Assembly (NCBI GenBank): GCA_051294375.1
Contig: CM119266.1
Span: 12,634,592-12,698,591 of the forward strand
Source: Paraspadella gotoi
Taxonomy: Eukaryota > Animalia > Chaetognatha
DNA length: 64,000 nt
Direction: 5' to 3'
Shown one piece after another: positions 45,673-58,082 of the stretch; positions within the stretch are counted from its first letter, which is position 1; the number at the start of each line of letters is the position of its first letter. Made by a program: the position numbers and the translations under genes. The notes beneath the pieces were generated by a model. It worked only from the letters and a program-made list of their open reading frames with translations, was not told the DNA's origin and made no database searches.

Positions 45673-48600
45673 TCGTAACATAAAAACGGGGAGTGATGCC
45701 AAAACAAGGGATTCATGCGTCGATGTTTTCTTTAAAGATTTTTTACATCTTCGATCCTCGATCCTCGATCCTCGTTTCGCCGGGGATTTGCGAGGATTTA
45801 TCATCACCCAAATCTAGATTTATACTTTGGGTCGACCTCATCATTTTGTTCGAGGGTTAAATCACTCACGGGAAATTGGAAGAGTATTCAACTGGATTCT
45901 CAGTTTGTTCCTTTCTTTTTTTCTTTTATTTCATTCTTTATTTGTAAATATCTCCATTTCTTTTCTTTCCTTAGTTATATAATCATTAATTTATTCAAAG
46001 AATTATAAAAACAAACTCTATTATCGCGTCTCGATCCCTGGACCTTACCTTTCTTCAATTCCCTCACCTTGGCTTTGCAAGCGACGACGAGGATCGCCGT
46101 CCTTCTCCTCTTATCCCGAAGAAAATAAAAAACGTCTCTATCTCCTCCTCCTCTTCTCTCTCTCTGGTTCTCTCCCCAACTCCTCTCCACCCTCTCCCCT
46201 CTCCCCGCTCCTCCTCCGCCCTCTCTCCTCCCTTCTCTCCCCGCTCTCGCGCGCGCAGTCTCCGTCATTTCCGCTCTCTCTCTCTCGCGCCAAAATTCCC
46301 GCCGATTTCCCGCCCACTCGATCTCCAGCCCGCCCGACATATTTGGGTTTTGCTTATTTTGAGGTTTTGTTTGTTTATTTCCTATTTTTGTTAGTTTATC
46401 TTAGTTTTTTGTGTTTTTTGTTTGTTTTTTTTTTTTTTTTTTTTTTTTGTCCGACGCTGGATCTATGCGAAGGCGCTGATGACTTTCCGTTGTTTACTTA
46501 TTCCTCAATTCGAACGATCGATCTTCGCCTGTTTTTTTTTTTTTGTTTTTCTTTCATTCTTTTTCTGTTCGTTCATGTTTTCGTTTTCTCGAGCGAGTGC
46601 GTGCGTAACCAGTTCCCGCTAATAATAGTAATGCTGCTCGGATCCTCGCCAAAACAAACCAATCGTCGAGTTAGTTGGACAGATTTACAATCGCTCAACC
46701 AGCGACCGACGGAAAACCTACGTAATTTGAAACGACGTATCGATTATAAAATTCGATTGCGCTTCTGGTTATTTTCTTCTTTTTTTTTTACTTCGCTCCT
46801 TTCAAGTTTCATAAATGTTTTTGTTGTGTTTTTTTTTTTGTCGTTGTTTTCGGAATATCCTCGTGATCATTATTTTTACGGTTTTGTTTTTCTTTTAACC
46901 GAAACTTCAAAAGCGTTTTTCTGTCGCTGTCGTTTAAATTTTAGCATGTAGGTACAAATGGTTTTAATCATCGAACGAATAATTGAATTTTAAAAAATAT
47001 ACACTTTAATGAAACTGCAACGCGAGCAAATTTGGAATATAAATGGAAAAGTTTTGACGCCAATGTTTGCGATTCGAACCAGGAAATTCTAAAAAAAAAT
47101 AAACAAAGAAAGAAAACGCTAACGAATCGAAAAATAAACGATGCCAAGTGTTTGGGGAAAAAAAAAAAGATGGAGGTGCAGGTCTCGATTCTCGTGTCGA
47201 CCATCGGACCAAGAGGGAATCAGACGAAAGAAAAAAAATTTGTCCTTGGCTCAAAAACAAAGGAAACTGTATATATATAAATGGAGAGGGAGAGGGAGGA
47301 TTGGGTTGGGGAGTTAGGGAGAAGGGGAGGCAGGGGGAGGAGAGGGGGATAGAGAAAGAAAGATCGAAAGATAGAAAGAAAGAAAGAAAAAGAAAAGGTA
47401 ATGTAGAAAAAAAGTAAAAGAAAGAAACAACAAAGAAACAAGAAAGAAAAAAATAGAAAGAAAGAAAAAGGATAGAAAGAAAGAAAAAAGAAAGAAAGAA
47501 AGAAGGAAAGAAAGAAAGAATGAAAGAATGAAAAAAAAACCCAAAAAGTGGAGAGACGATGCCAGGGAAACCCGACAGAGCGCAAAGAAAAAAACTAAAA
47601 TTTGAATTAAAGTTTCCGAGGAAATGGTTTGGCAGATATTTACGACGTGACCGCAAAATGATTGTTTTCATTTCGACTGAATTGAAAAAAAAAATAATAA
47701 TAAATAGAGGAAAAGGTTTGTCTCGAAACGAGGAAGAAAAAAAAATGTTCTACGCACGAAATGATAATAACTCTGTGGAGGAAAAGAGGAAAGGAATGCC
47801 ATAAAAAAATGAAGGAACGAGGGGAAAAGAAAACAAAAGGGAGATCCATGTTCGGATTAAGATACGGAAGAAAAGACGAAATGAAAAAAGTATCATTGCG
47901 ATCGCATGGACAGCATGTCAGCGATGCAGGGACCCATGTAGGTTACAGCATTCGGGTCAGTATCGGAGACGAGACGATCAAGAGACAGGCCTGGGAGAGA
48001 AGAGGTCAGGCGAGTTCTCGATCTCAAGATAGAATCTGGTCGAGAGAGAAGGAAGGATACGTCGAAACCCAAGGGGGAAAAAAATCAGGAAATTATTATC
48101 AAAAATATATTTTTTTTTTACATAGTCCATAGAAGGAAATGAAAAAAATGCCGTGGGGGAAGGAAGTCGCATGTGAACCCCGGCGTCGTTTCCAACGCCG
48201 CCTCGGACGCCGCCACCGCCGCCGTCCTTGAATGGAATCCAAAACGCATCCATTTACGTCAAGCGTCGAAATTATTAACATCGAGATCGAGATCAGTTTC
48301 TCCTTTCTTTTTTCCCCTTTTTTTCCCTATTCTTCCTTTTTTTTCATTTGCCCCTCCACGCCTTATCGTCACCAGGTGATCCATTTCGTTTTTCTTTCTT
48401 TTTTCTTTTTTCAATTCAAATCTTCAGACAACGAATTTTTTTTTTCTCCAATTGTATCTTTCCTCTTTTGTTCCATCTCATTCCATCTCATTCCAAGATC
48501 TTCTATATCTTTTTCGATAACTCGACTGCGTCTGTCCGTCTTTCCGGTCGACCGTCGGTCCGTCTGTCGGTCCGTCTGTCGACCGTCTGTCCGTCTTTCC

Positions 48601-51600
48601 GGTCGACCGTCGGTCAGGCTCCCAGTTTGTCCCGCCTGAGGCCAACGGTGGAGAAATGTCCTTTGACCTACGAACCGACGAGAGGCAAGGAGTTGGAGAC
48701 GAGGACAAGGTCTCTTGCTTTCTTTGTCGTCGCTTTGGCCTCAAAATTCCCGGCACGAGGATTAGAAAAAAATGGACGACGACGACGACGAAACAAAATG
48801 GACGAAGAGAGAAAACGTAAGATTTCGTCATCCAACTTTGTCTTTGAGATCAATTTATCAGGAGTTCTTTGTTTGATTTGTTCCAGACGATTGCGATATA
48901 TATATATATACATATAATTAAGATTCGTCGAATCGTCTGACTTAGCAGATCACAACAACAACAAATTGTCGCCGGATACGAAGAAGAAGACGACGTCGGA
49001 CAATGAGAGTTGATAAAAGGGGGGGAGGAGAGAAGGAGAAGGGGGGGAAAGGGGGGGGAAGGAGGATTTGGAGAATTGATTGAGTGGAAGGAAAAATAGA
49101 GAAGAAAGAGGAAAAATAAAAAGGGGGTGTACATAGTGCGAAAGTGGATTGCAGATTAAGAGAAATTATTTTACAAGAACTATATTAGAATTGCAGTTTC
49201 CACTGAACGTAACCAAACCGCTTCAAGCTTAATCCGCTCAATAAGGATAGAAAGAAAAAAAAGAAAGAGAGAGAGGACGGTAGGAAATCGTGTCAAAAAG
49301 GGAAGCGAAAAGAGGAAGAAGGTGGAAGGAGAAAAGGGAGCAGATTCAAACCAACCCACAAAGAAACGAGGGGCAAGAAAAAGCTACGTAATAACAAACT
49401 TATGGGGGAAAAAAAACTTTGGTCCAGTCGGGGTCAAGGGTTGGAGATCCCCGTCCGATGGAAATGATTAGCAACGAATGTCGTATCTCGGGACTTGGGA
49501 CAAGAGACTCGGGAATTGAGAGGCGGGACCGTCCCGACGTGTCCCGTCGAAGCAGCTTTTTCGATGAAATACGCGGGTCATCGGCCCGACGAAGATTAGG
49601 ATACAAATTACGAGTCGGATTAACGTTCGTCCGTCGAAAATCTTTGGGCACAACATCCCGTCCATTTTTCTTTTCGTCCATCATTGTGTCATGTAAGAGA
49701 AAATTATTATCATTGCCGCAGTTGAATTATTACGTCTTTTGTTTGGTCGCTTTTATGTTTACAACGGGGTTTTTTTTTTTTCCACCATTTTTATTCATTA
49801 CGGTAAAAGCACCGGGTGTTTTAAATGAAAAAAAAGTTTCGTTTCTGAGAATCACTTTATTAATTATTTCACATCCTATCTTTTTGCTTCTAGTAGTTTC
49901 TACGAATATAAGAAATGAATTTGTCCCCCCCCCTTTTGAAAGGTGAACAAAAACTATTGGTTCTCCATCAAGATTTCGATAACAAACAGCGACAGTTTAG
50001 GCGACGCAAAAAAGAGAAACACAAGGGGTCAACGACCTTCGTCGAACCCTAGCGGCGATGACGACAACGACAAAAAAAAAATGACAAATTTGTCTCGCCA
50101 ATTCGGGGCCCAAAACGACGACAACAACCAAAAAAATACCAGAACGAATCGATCATCCGTCAAACCTACGACGCTATAAATCGAAAGAGCGACGCATCTA
50201 CCGACAGACCGACCGACCAAACGTTTTTATTATTGGGTTTCTTTCTCGTCGCTTCTTCGTCGAGGCGTCGGTTGTCATGACGACAGGTTTTGATTTCGAA
50301 AGGTTACTCGGGTACATTTCTTAGGTGACAATTTTGCAAAGCGAAGAAGGAAAGAGAAGAGGAAAGAACGAAAGAAAATAACAAAGAAAGAAAGAAATAA
50401 AGAAATACTAAAGAAAGAAAGAAAGAAAGAAAGGTAGAAAGAGAAAGAAAGAAAGAAATAAAGAAAGAAAAAAAAAGATAAAAAAAAGTCAAAGTCAGAA
50501 AGGAAAAAAAACTAGCTACAAAAAAAAGGACATAAAGACAGACAGACAGATCGACGCTTTTTTTTTTTTTTTGCGGCCGCCAATCGATACGCCCTTTTTT
50601 CTCCGCCGCGCGAACCAACGGTCCTCACCTCTGGATATTGATTGTGCTGATTCACGGCGGCGGAGGCAGCAGCGGCTGCGGCGGCGGCGGCCGTGGCGGC
50701 GCTCATCGTCGCCCCCTTGTAGTTGGCCGGATGCGTGGGGAGGAAGTGGTGGAAGGGGACGTGGTGAGGGTGGTGGTTGAGGTGGTTTAGGTGGTGGGGA
50801 AGACCCACCAGACCGCCGGGCCCGCCCCTCGGGTGGTTGAGATTTATAAAATTTTTGAAATGAAGCAGCTGCTGTTGTTGTTGTTGAAACTGTTGTTGTT
50901 GTTGCTGCTGCTGCTGTTGCTGATGATGATGTTGTTGTTGTTGCTGTTCCTCCTGCTGTTGTTGTTGAATCTGACGATTGGAGTCGAAGTCGAAGTAATC
51001 CAACTTGAGGTGATGTTGAGGTTGATGGTAGAGTTGCTCCTGGAGTTGGAGTTGTTGATGTTGTTGTTTCTTAGCGTTGTCCAAGTTGTAGTTGTAGGCG
51101 TCGAACTGAAGCAGGGAGCTTCTCACCCCGCCTGGCGGTTGAAAAAAAAAGTCAGCGGTCATAATTAGTCGATAATGCGTATAGTAGTCTAACTTCTAAG
51201 ACGGCATTAGCAAACGAGCAATGACTATAGCTATTTATAAGTGCTTGGAAGAGAGAAAGTGCAAATTTAAAAATGGTTGTTAAATAACATCAATTTAAAA
51301 TGTAAATGAACTCTCGGATAAACACTTATTCGATCATCGTAAAAGACATGAGAAAAGAAACGAATTTAAATTAAGAAAATTGAGCTTCATGTTCATGAAT
51401 AAATTGGAGAAGGCTTTCGTATATTTGTTATGCTCTTTTCTGAATATGGACAAAATAAAACACCTTATATCTGAGTTGTGACGCAACTGTAAACAAACGA
51501 ACTCACGTGGTTGTAAAAAAAAAGTTTTAAATATTATGACTTAAGCAAATTATTCAATTCTCACAAGTCAACTTCTTTCACACCGACGCCTCCTTCTCCT

Positions 51601-51978
51601 TTCCATCTCTCATCTTTCTTCATCCATCGTGTTTTTCTCGTAAAATTTTTTACAGTCAAACCGGCTTAACAAAACCACGTTGTGTTTGTGGGAGAAAAAA
51701 AAATAAACGCGAATACAAAAAAAAAATATATGAACCTTGGGTCAATTTTTTTCAACGATTTATTTAAATAAGGTGCATGTGAAATCGATTAGCGTTTCTC
51801 GCACGCGGTATTGCGTGTGCAGACTGCGCGAAATGAGAAAGGTGACTCTATCTTATCGCGCGCACAATATATCCGTTGGCAGGCGTCGCTATCGAAATAT
51901 CATCGGCCACAACGGATAATTTAATTTTCATTCGTTGTCAAATTTGTTCATGGTTTTTTTTATTTGTTTGTTTTTTGG

Positions 51979-52034
<56 letters not shown>

Positions 52035-52701
52035 CTGTATTTCCAAGAGTCAAGAGACTTGTAAAGTGGGGAACAGATTAAAAAACATTAAACAACAAAC
52101 TTGTTTATGTTTCGTTTTATACTGTATAGAATGATAACAGGACAGGACCAACCAAAAACCTACTCGATAACCACAACAACAACTACATCCAACAGTCCTC
52201 ACCCGTCGGCAGCGTGTAGGACTGCAGCGGATGAAAGCTCTGCGCTACAGCGGGCTGCGGATGATGATGATGATGTCTCAGCGCCGGATGAGCGGTGACG
52301 GCGCGGATGGACGGCGCCGCCTGAAGCGTCTTAGCGCCGCCGTGGGTCTTGTAGACCGGGGAAGCGACGGCGCCGGGTCCTAGGAGGGGCGCGCCGCGGC
52401 CAAAGGCGCCGGCGGCGCCGAGAAAAGCGTAGGCGGCTTCGAATCCTGCGGCGTCGGAAAGGTAAGGCGCCTGAGGAGGAGGCGCGCCGTCTACGGCGGC
52501 GGCGGCGGGGTAATGAAGGGCGGGTAAGTGTGGCGGGTGGAGAGGGTGAGTCGGTGGCGGGTGGAAGGTGGCGCCGTTGGAGGCGAATCGGGCGTCGGTT
52601 ACAGAAGCGAGGGCGCCGTAGGGAGAAGCGGCGTCGTCGTCGATGGAGGCGTCGTGGCGCGACGCCAAGATTCTGCGGGAAGAGAGCGAATTGTCGGACA
52701 T
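43581..52701 (-). CDS. Spliced gene, exons 52701-52203, 51131-50629, 44713-44620, 44483-44391 (or 44439), 44090-44007, 43744-43581; His/Gln/Ala/Pro-rich disordered N-terminal region; C-terminus unresolved
   Basis: ATG at 52701. Donors gtgagg, gtgagg, gtaagg, gcgagt or gtacaa, gtaagt, gtttta; AG acceptors; phases 1,0,1,1,1 all match. Reads MSDNSL...SYTLPTG|GVRSSLLQFDAY...polyQ...HHLNHLNHHPHH...polyA NQYPE|NHSNPATGSATFHAQ...APPQ|GVGFVGGAADG...|GVLHHPGMLPYPHPNHLQMQ...|GHSSHSPHSSANGGRAQKKGRGNFAHHGDGQ...RGQRQNYQ. Confidence 0.7.
48529..48615. repeat. Short direct repeat (cgtctgtccgtctttccggtcgaccgtcggtc, two copies)
   Basis: Direct reading. Confidence 0.75.
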
Positions 52702-53006
52702 CGTTGACGCGAAAAAATGTTTATCTTTTTCTATACCATTTATATATTTATTGTTTCATGTTTTTAGTAAAACGCAATTTATTTTCCTTTTCGATTGATA
52801 AAAACATAAAAAAAGAGAAATAAAAACGGAATTTTGTCAAAATTTCTGATTCTTGCGAAAAAACTTAACCTTTAATCTTTATCAGGATTCGATCAGCTGG
52901 CATAGACATTTTTGGCTCTCCTCTCTCTCTCTCTCTCTCTNNNNNNNNNNNNNNNNNNNNNNNNNCTCTCTCTCTCTCTCATCTCTCTCTCTCTCCTCTC
53001 TCTCTC

Positions 53007-53040
<34 letters not shown>

Positions 53041-53365
53041 ATCTCTCTCTTCTCTCTCTCTCTCTCTCTCTCTCTTACTCTCTCTTTCGCGGTTCAAAGT
53101 ACGGTGACTCGAGAGAGCATCCCCGTTGTTGTTAGCTTAATTAAATAACATTTTTTTAATTGAGTAAAATATTCTCTCTCTCTTAATTTTTTGATCTATT
53201 ACCAATTTTATCTTTTTTGTTTGAAAAGTTATTTTCAAGATCTTGAAGTGTATTTTGAACATCGTAAATTTAACTGTACTTTACTTAAAGGCTGTATAGG
53301 CCGTATTAGGCGTGCCCAAGGCCGTATCTGTTTTAATACATTCGAATACATACATTCTCTCTCTC

Positions 53366-53428
<63 letters not shown>

Positions 53429-53589
53429 ATCTCTCCTCATCTCTCCTCTCTCTTTCGGGTTCAAACATGTCAACTTCACCTTCGCCTTCACAGTTTGAAC
53501 TTTAATCGAAACGAAGAAACAGCTTCGTCATCAGTTCGAAGTGACGTCTACCATTATACAACATTATCAAGAGTACATTTGTTCAAATG

Positions 53590-54060
53590 TTTAGAGTAGA
53601 ATGGGAGAGATGGAATAGAATCAAAATATAGTTAGGGAAGCGGAGTACTCTGTATTTTAGTATTGTTCATTAAGGCGTAGTGAAAGTTACATACGAAATT
53701 CTAAAAGTCAATTATGAACAACATACCATCAGTGAACATTAATTGTAAAAAAAAATAATTTTATGTTTTTTTAATTTTCGCAGTAGGCTATATTTATATA
53801 TAGTACTATCCTTATAAAATCGAAAAATTTCAAAATAGGCTTTTCTTATATTTGATTGCAATAAGTGGGTTAAAAATTAAAAAAAACTATAATTTAATAT
53901 ATAAAAAGTTAATTTTCAGTTTAAAATATAGTTTTTTATTTATTTTTGACCCACTTAATGAAGGGATTTTTTAAAAGAGTTTTCATGGTATAAAAAAGCG
54001 CTGATGAAGGCTCGAATTTATGAGCCGAAACATGGTCTGCAAGAAGTAAGATACAAAATA
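53590..54060 (+). mobile_element. Putative degraded 3' end (pLTR) of a Penelope-like retroelement
   Basis: Minimal hammerhead of the type reported in PLE pLTRs, about 250 nt downstream of a frameshifted peptide WNRIK-IVREAE...CSLRRSESYIRNSKSQL-MNNIPSVNI that resembles a GIY-YIG C-terminus (W..I, E..I, N). Judged by eye only; boundaries are approximate. Confidence 0.4.
53998..54040 (+). ncRNA. Minimal type-I hammerhead ribozyme motif
   Basis: GCG-CTGATGA-A-GGCTC(gaatttat)GAGCC-GAAA-CATGG-TC-TGC: complete catalytic core, 5-bp stem II, short stem III, GUC cleavage triplet, stem I GCG/UGC. Confidence 0.75.
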
Positions 54061-54784
54061 ATATCGTTGTACAAATTAATCAAACTTTGTTAAAAAGAGT
54101 TATATTTCTTTTTATCAAACTTTTTATGACGAATCCAAATCTGCAAAAAAATTTTAGAAAAAACTGTTTTGAAATTTTAACATTTATTGGTGTTAGTACT
54201 AGTATAAATATGGCCTTCTGCGTAAATTGTAAAATTTATTATAAATTTTTTTATTACATAAATGTTCATAAGTATAATGTTGTTCGTTCTTCACTTTTAG
54301 AATTTTATTAAAGTTAAACTTAGGAATTTTACAAGGCCTTATTGTTCATAGCCTCAGCACTAGAAATTCCCTGACTCCAGAACGCCATGTTGATAACGGA
54401 ATGTGTGATGTAGTGTTAGCGTTAAAACCTTCAGTAACAGGAATAGAATCTGGGAGTGAATAACGAGACTGTGAGAGAGTCTTGATTGAAAGCTTGCAGG
54501 CACCTGCTATGTCGTTATCTTGTAAGAGTGATGGAGGCCTTAAACCACCAAAGCCTGTCCAAAGGCAAGATAGCTTATTTATTAAATGAATGGATAATTT
54601 TTATATTGATTGTACCAATTTTATAGAATAGAATAGAATAGAGTTTAACTTTACCTTTAACTATCGATTGCATTAACCCGATCACTCAATTCAATTGAAT
54701 GAACGACATAAAATTGACATATTCGCCGATCGATAAAGGCAGCCACGCCCACCAGCCTCACCCCCCCCCTTCCGCCACTCTCAC

Positions 54785-55161
54785 CCTCTGATCTCTTGAC
54801 GTCGAACTCGGAATCGATCGTCGACGCCCTCAATTTGGCTCCGATCGAAAGTTGAGGTCGGCGAGCAGCGCTCGCGCGCCCGCTCCGCGCCAACGCCTCG
54901 TCCGCGCTCTTCCTGCCGCTCAGGAGGGGATCGCGCGGCGGCGGAGCGGCGAAGGCGGGTGCTGCAGCGGCGACGGGTGGAGGACGGAGGCGGGGAGATG
55001 CGCTGTTGCTGCTGCTGCGGTTGAATTTGCTGCAGGGGATGTTGCGGAAGTTGGCGAGGGTCGTCGGTGGATAGCGCGAGAGGGTGGAGTAGCGGAGGCG
55101 CGATTGCCGAGAGGTTCGTCAGAAGGGATGTGATGTTCTTGGAGTGTTTGGAACGGTGTTG
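54785..55161 (-). CDS. Probable internal exon (QHRSKHSKNITSLL...LPQHPLQQIQPQQQQQR...)
   Basis: cttccag acceptor, gtgaga donor, one fully open frame with polyQ. The junction phase with the previous exon is off by one, possibly a homopolymer error. Re-copied at about 63195-63580. Confidence 0.4.
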
Positions 55162-55820
55162 CTGGAAGGAAGCCGTTGGGGAGGAGTGGAAAAGAGTGTT
55201 AGATTTAAAAAAGGTTAGTAATAGAGGGTTATATACCGTGATAAACTTGTTAAATTGTCAGCATTACTTATATAGTATTATCAAAATTAATCGCAAAGTG
55301 AAGGTAATGTGAAAGGTAAGGAGGTCGTCGTCTTCAAATGAACCTCGCCACATCGTTTGCTTGATGGAGAACGCGCAAGTTGAGACATCCTTTTCTCCCG
55401 GAAAAAAAATGTAAATGAACGATTCACCATTTTACGTAAAGAATTGGGGAGTGGAAACTGAGGATAAAGCGCTAAGTTGGCTCAGGACTACTATCAATAA
55501 GTTCTTTGGCCCCAAGGTGCTTCCCCTTCGGGATTGATCTCGGTAATTAATGGTCAAAGAGCCAACGGGTCACAACTGAAAAAGGCATGATTAGAGGCGA
55601 GTTGAACTTGCGTAAGGCCTGACTACAAGTCTTCTCGAGACCTATTCAAAACTACTCAAAAATTAAAAAAAAGAAATAAAGAAAAGGAAAAGAAAAAAAG
55701 GAAAGAAGGAAAGAAAAAAGGAAAAGCAGGAAGAAAAAAAGGAAAAGAAGGAAAGAAAAAAGGAAAAGAAGGAAAGAAAAAAGGAAAGAAGGAAAGAAGG
55801 ACTCCTTTTTTTTCTTTTAC

Positions 55821-56099
55821 TTTTTCGATTGAAGAGGAGGAGGCGTAGCGCCGGAACGGATGGCGAGGAGGAGGAGGAGGTGGAGCGGAGGCGGAAGGGC
55901 GGGCGAGGGAGGGTGCACGGGTAGGAGCGGGGCGGAGGTAAGAATGCGTCGTCGTCGTCACGTGACCGAGCGACTGTGAGGCGGCGCCGCGCCGTTAAGG
56001 ACGTCATCGACGAACAACGCCGTCTCGCCCCGACGACGCCGTGGGATCCGTTCGCGGCGTTGGCGGCGTGAAGTCGCGTCGGCGGCTCCGGGGGCGTGA
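55821..56099 (-). CDS. Probable internal exon (VTPPEPPTRLHAANAANGSHG...)
   Basis: CT-rich tract plus ccag acceptor; open 93-codon frame in phase with the 57191 donor; weak donor gtaaaa. Confidence 0.4.
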
Positions 56100-56254
56100 C
56101 TGGATGGAAGAGAGAGAGAGAGAGAGAGAGAAATGAGAAATGGAATTAATGCGGAATTATGAGCTCCTTTTGTTTGGTTCTCTCGGAGTATTTCCTTCCC
56201 GAAAGAAAAAGAGAAAAAAACCGGGATAATAAGAGGATCAAAGAAGTCGATCAT

Positions 56255-56541
56255 GTGTCGTCGTTGTTGTCGTTGCTTCGTCGTCGTTTTGTCGTTGTTG
56301 TCGTTGGCTTCGTCGTCGTTGTTGTCCTTGCCTTCGTCGTCGTAGTTGTTGTGTCGTGGCTTCGTCGTCGTTGTTTTCGTTGGCTTCGTCGTGTTGTTGT
56401 CGTTGTTGTCTTTGTTGTCGTTGGCTTCGTCGTCGTTGTTGTCGTTGGCTTCGTCGTCGTTGTTGTCGTTGGCTTCGTCGTCGTTGTTGTCGTTGTTGTC
56501 GTTGGCTTCGTCGTCGTTGTCGTCGTTGTTTCGTCGTCGTT
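56255..56541. repeat. 24-bp minisatellite (gttgtcgttggcttcgtcgtcgtt) built from GTC/GTT triplets
   Basis: Recurrent gttggcttcgtcgtc motif, with 24-nt spacing in the most regular part. Confidence 0.8.
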
Positions 56542-56608
56542 TTAGAATTTAGCGGTTTTTTTTTTTGTGGGGAAGAAATTTTCGTGGATTCATTTATTAT
56601 TGAACATG

Positions 56609-56617
56609 TTATTATTA

Positions 56618-56704
<87 letters not shown>
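56609..56704. repeat. (TAT)n microsatellite
   Basis: Near-perfect trinucleotide run. Confidence 0.95.
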
Positions 56705-57190
56705 GGACATGTTGTTTACAAACATTTTCTCTTGGAAGTTAACAAACTGTTGCTTTATCTTTGTATTAAAATGGCGTAACCCATCATCGTCTTCATATTT
56801 CTATTTCAAAATGTCCCTTGCAAAAATGTTTTTTTTTTTTTTAATTTTATTCAACGTGCGTGTGAATCCAACTTATCACTTAATCGCTCGAGTCAATGTT
56901 TTCTCTCATTTAATTATAGTCGCTTAAATGTTTTCTACATAATCGTCATCGTTATCATCGTCGATGATAAACTCGACTCAATAATCTGTTTTCCTTGGAA
57001 AGAGAATAGGATTTCAGTCTAGACGATAAAAGTCAATTCTTAATTCACGATTATTATCATCTAAAACATCTATAACAAACAATTTAATCGATGAACGCGC
57101 AACTTTTGTTTATGAAGACGATATAACGGTTGTGAACTATATGACGCTTTCCCTACCCATGACTGCATCATTCCCAACGAAATTCCTCAC

Positions 57191-58082
57191 CCAAAGTGAG
57201 CGGGAAAAGTGGCGTACTCCTGGCGCAGGTAATTTGGCAAGGAGGTTGCTGCCGCTGCTGCAAATGTAGCTCTGCTGCTGCAATTGCAACTGTTGACGAA
57301 ACTGGTTCTGCTGCTGCTTCCTGACAGAGCCGACCCTCTTGGCCTCCCTTGTCCAGACGTCGTCGTCGTTGCCGCCGTCGACGTGGGCGGCGGCGGCTGC
57401 TGCTGCGGCGGCCGAGGCGCGGCTGCGGCGGCGCGGAGAATTCGGTCTCTTTGTCCTCCCGGTTCCGCGGACGAACCTCTCGAGACTCGACGCCCGAACG
57501 ACGCGATGAAAGCCGTCTCGGCGGCGCCGGCCTCTCTTCCGGCTTCAAATTATGCGACGCTAAAGATGAGGCGCCGGTGACGCCGGATTTTGACGCCGCA
57601 GCGACGCGACCGTGTCCGAGAACCCTGTCGTTGGCCGCGCGGGGAGGACATTCGAAGACGCCGATTCGGTTTGTGACGGCGACGGCGGCGGGCGCTGACG
57701 CTTTTGTCGACGCGTTGAGCTTCGGTGCCGCGAAGGTCGCTCGGGCCGTGACGACGACGACGACGGATGACGACGACGACGACGAAAATGGGGTCGCTCT
57801 TTGAGGGTCGCTTGGAGTGAGGTCTGTGTGCTGTTGCTGTTTGCTGCTGTAGCGGTTGGAACTGTTGTTGCTGCTGGTAAATTTCCCCGGATGAAACAGC
57901 AGGTGTTGCATGGAATCCTGCTGCTGCTTGATCTTCAGCTGAGCCGCTGCCGACGCTTGGAGACGCTGCTGCAGTTTCCTTTCAGACTGGCCAGTTGCTG
58001 TTGCTGTTGCTGTTGAGGCTGGGGGTGGTTGTTGTAGATGTTGACGTTTGGTTCTTTCGATTTTGGCGGATATATTTGGGGC
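57191..58082 (-). CDS. Large internal exon, Gln/Ser/Ala/Arg-rich low complexity
   Basis: Acceptor ttttctttgaag, donor gtgagg, 297 open codons, GC-rich against AT-rich flanks. Confidence 0.55.

Noticed and set aside
50791-51168. Leu-rich + strand ORF that looks transmembrane
   Set aside because: It is the antisense shadow of the polyQ exon.
53505-53545. Second hammerhead-like fragment (GAAAC-GAAG...CTTC-GTC; CTGATGA on the opposite strand)
   Set aside because: CUGANGA and GAAA are not on the same strand in a valid topology.
55440-55530. KALSWLR...PQG resembling a LINE reverse transcriptase fragment
   Set aside because: Too short, wrong motif spacing, and no other RT motifs nearby.
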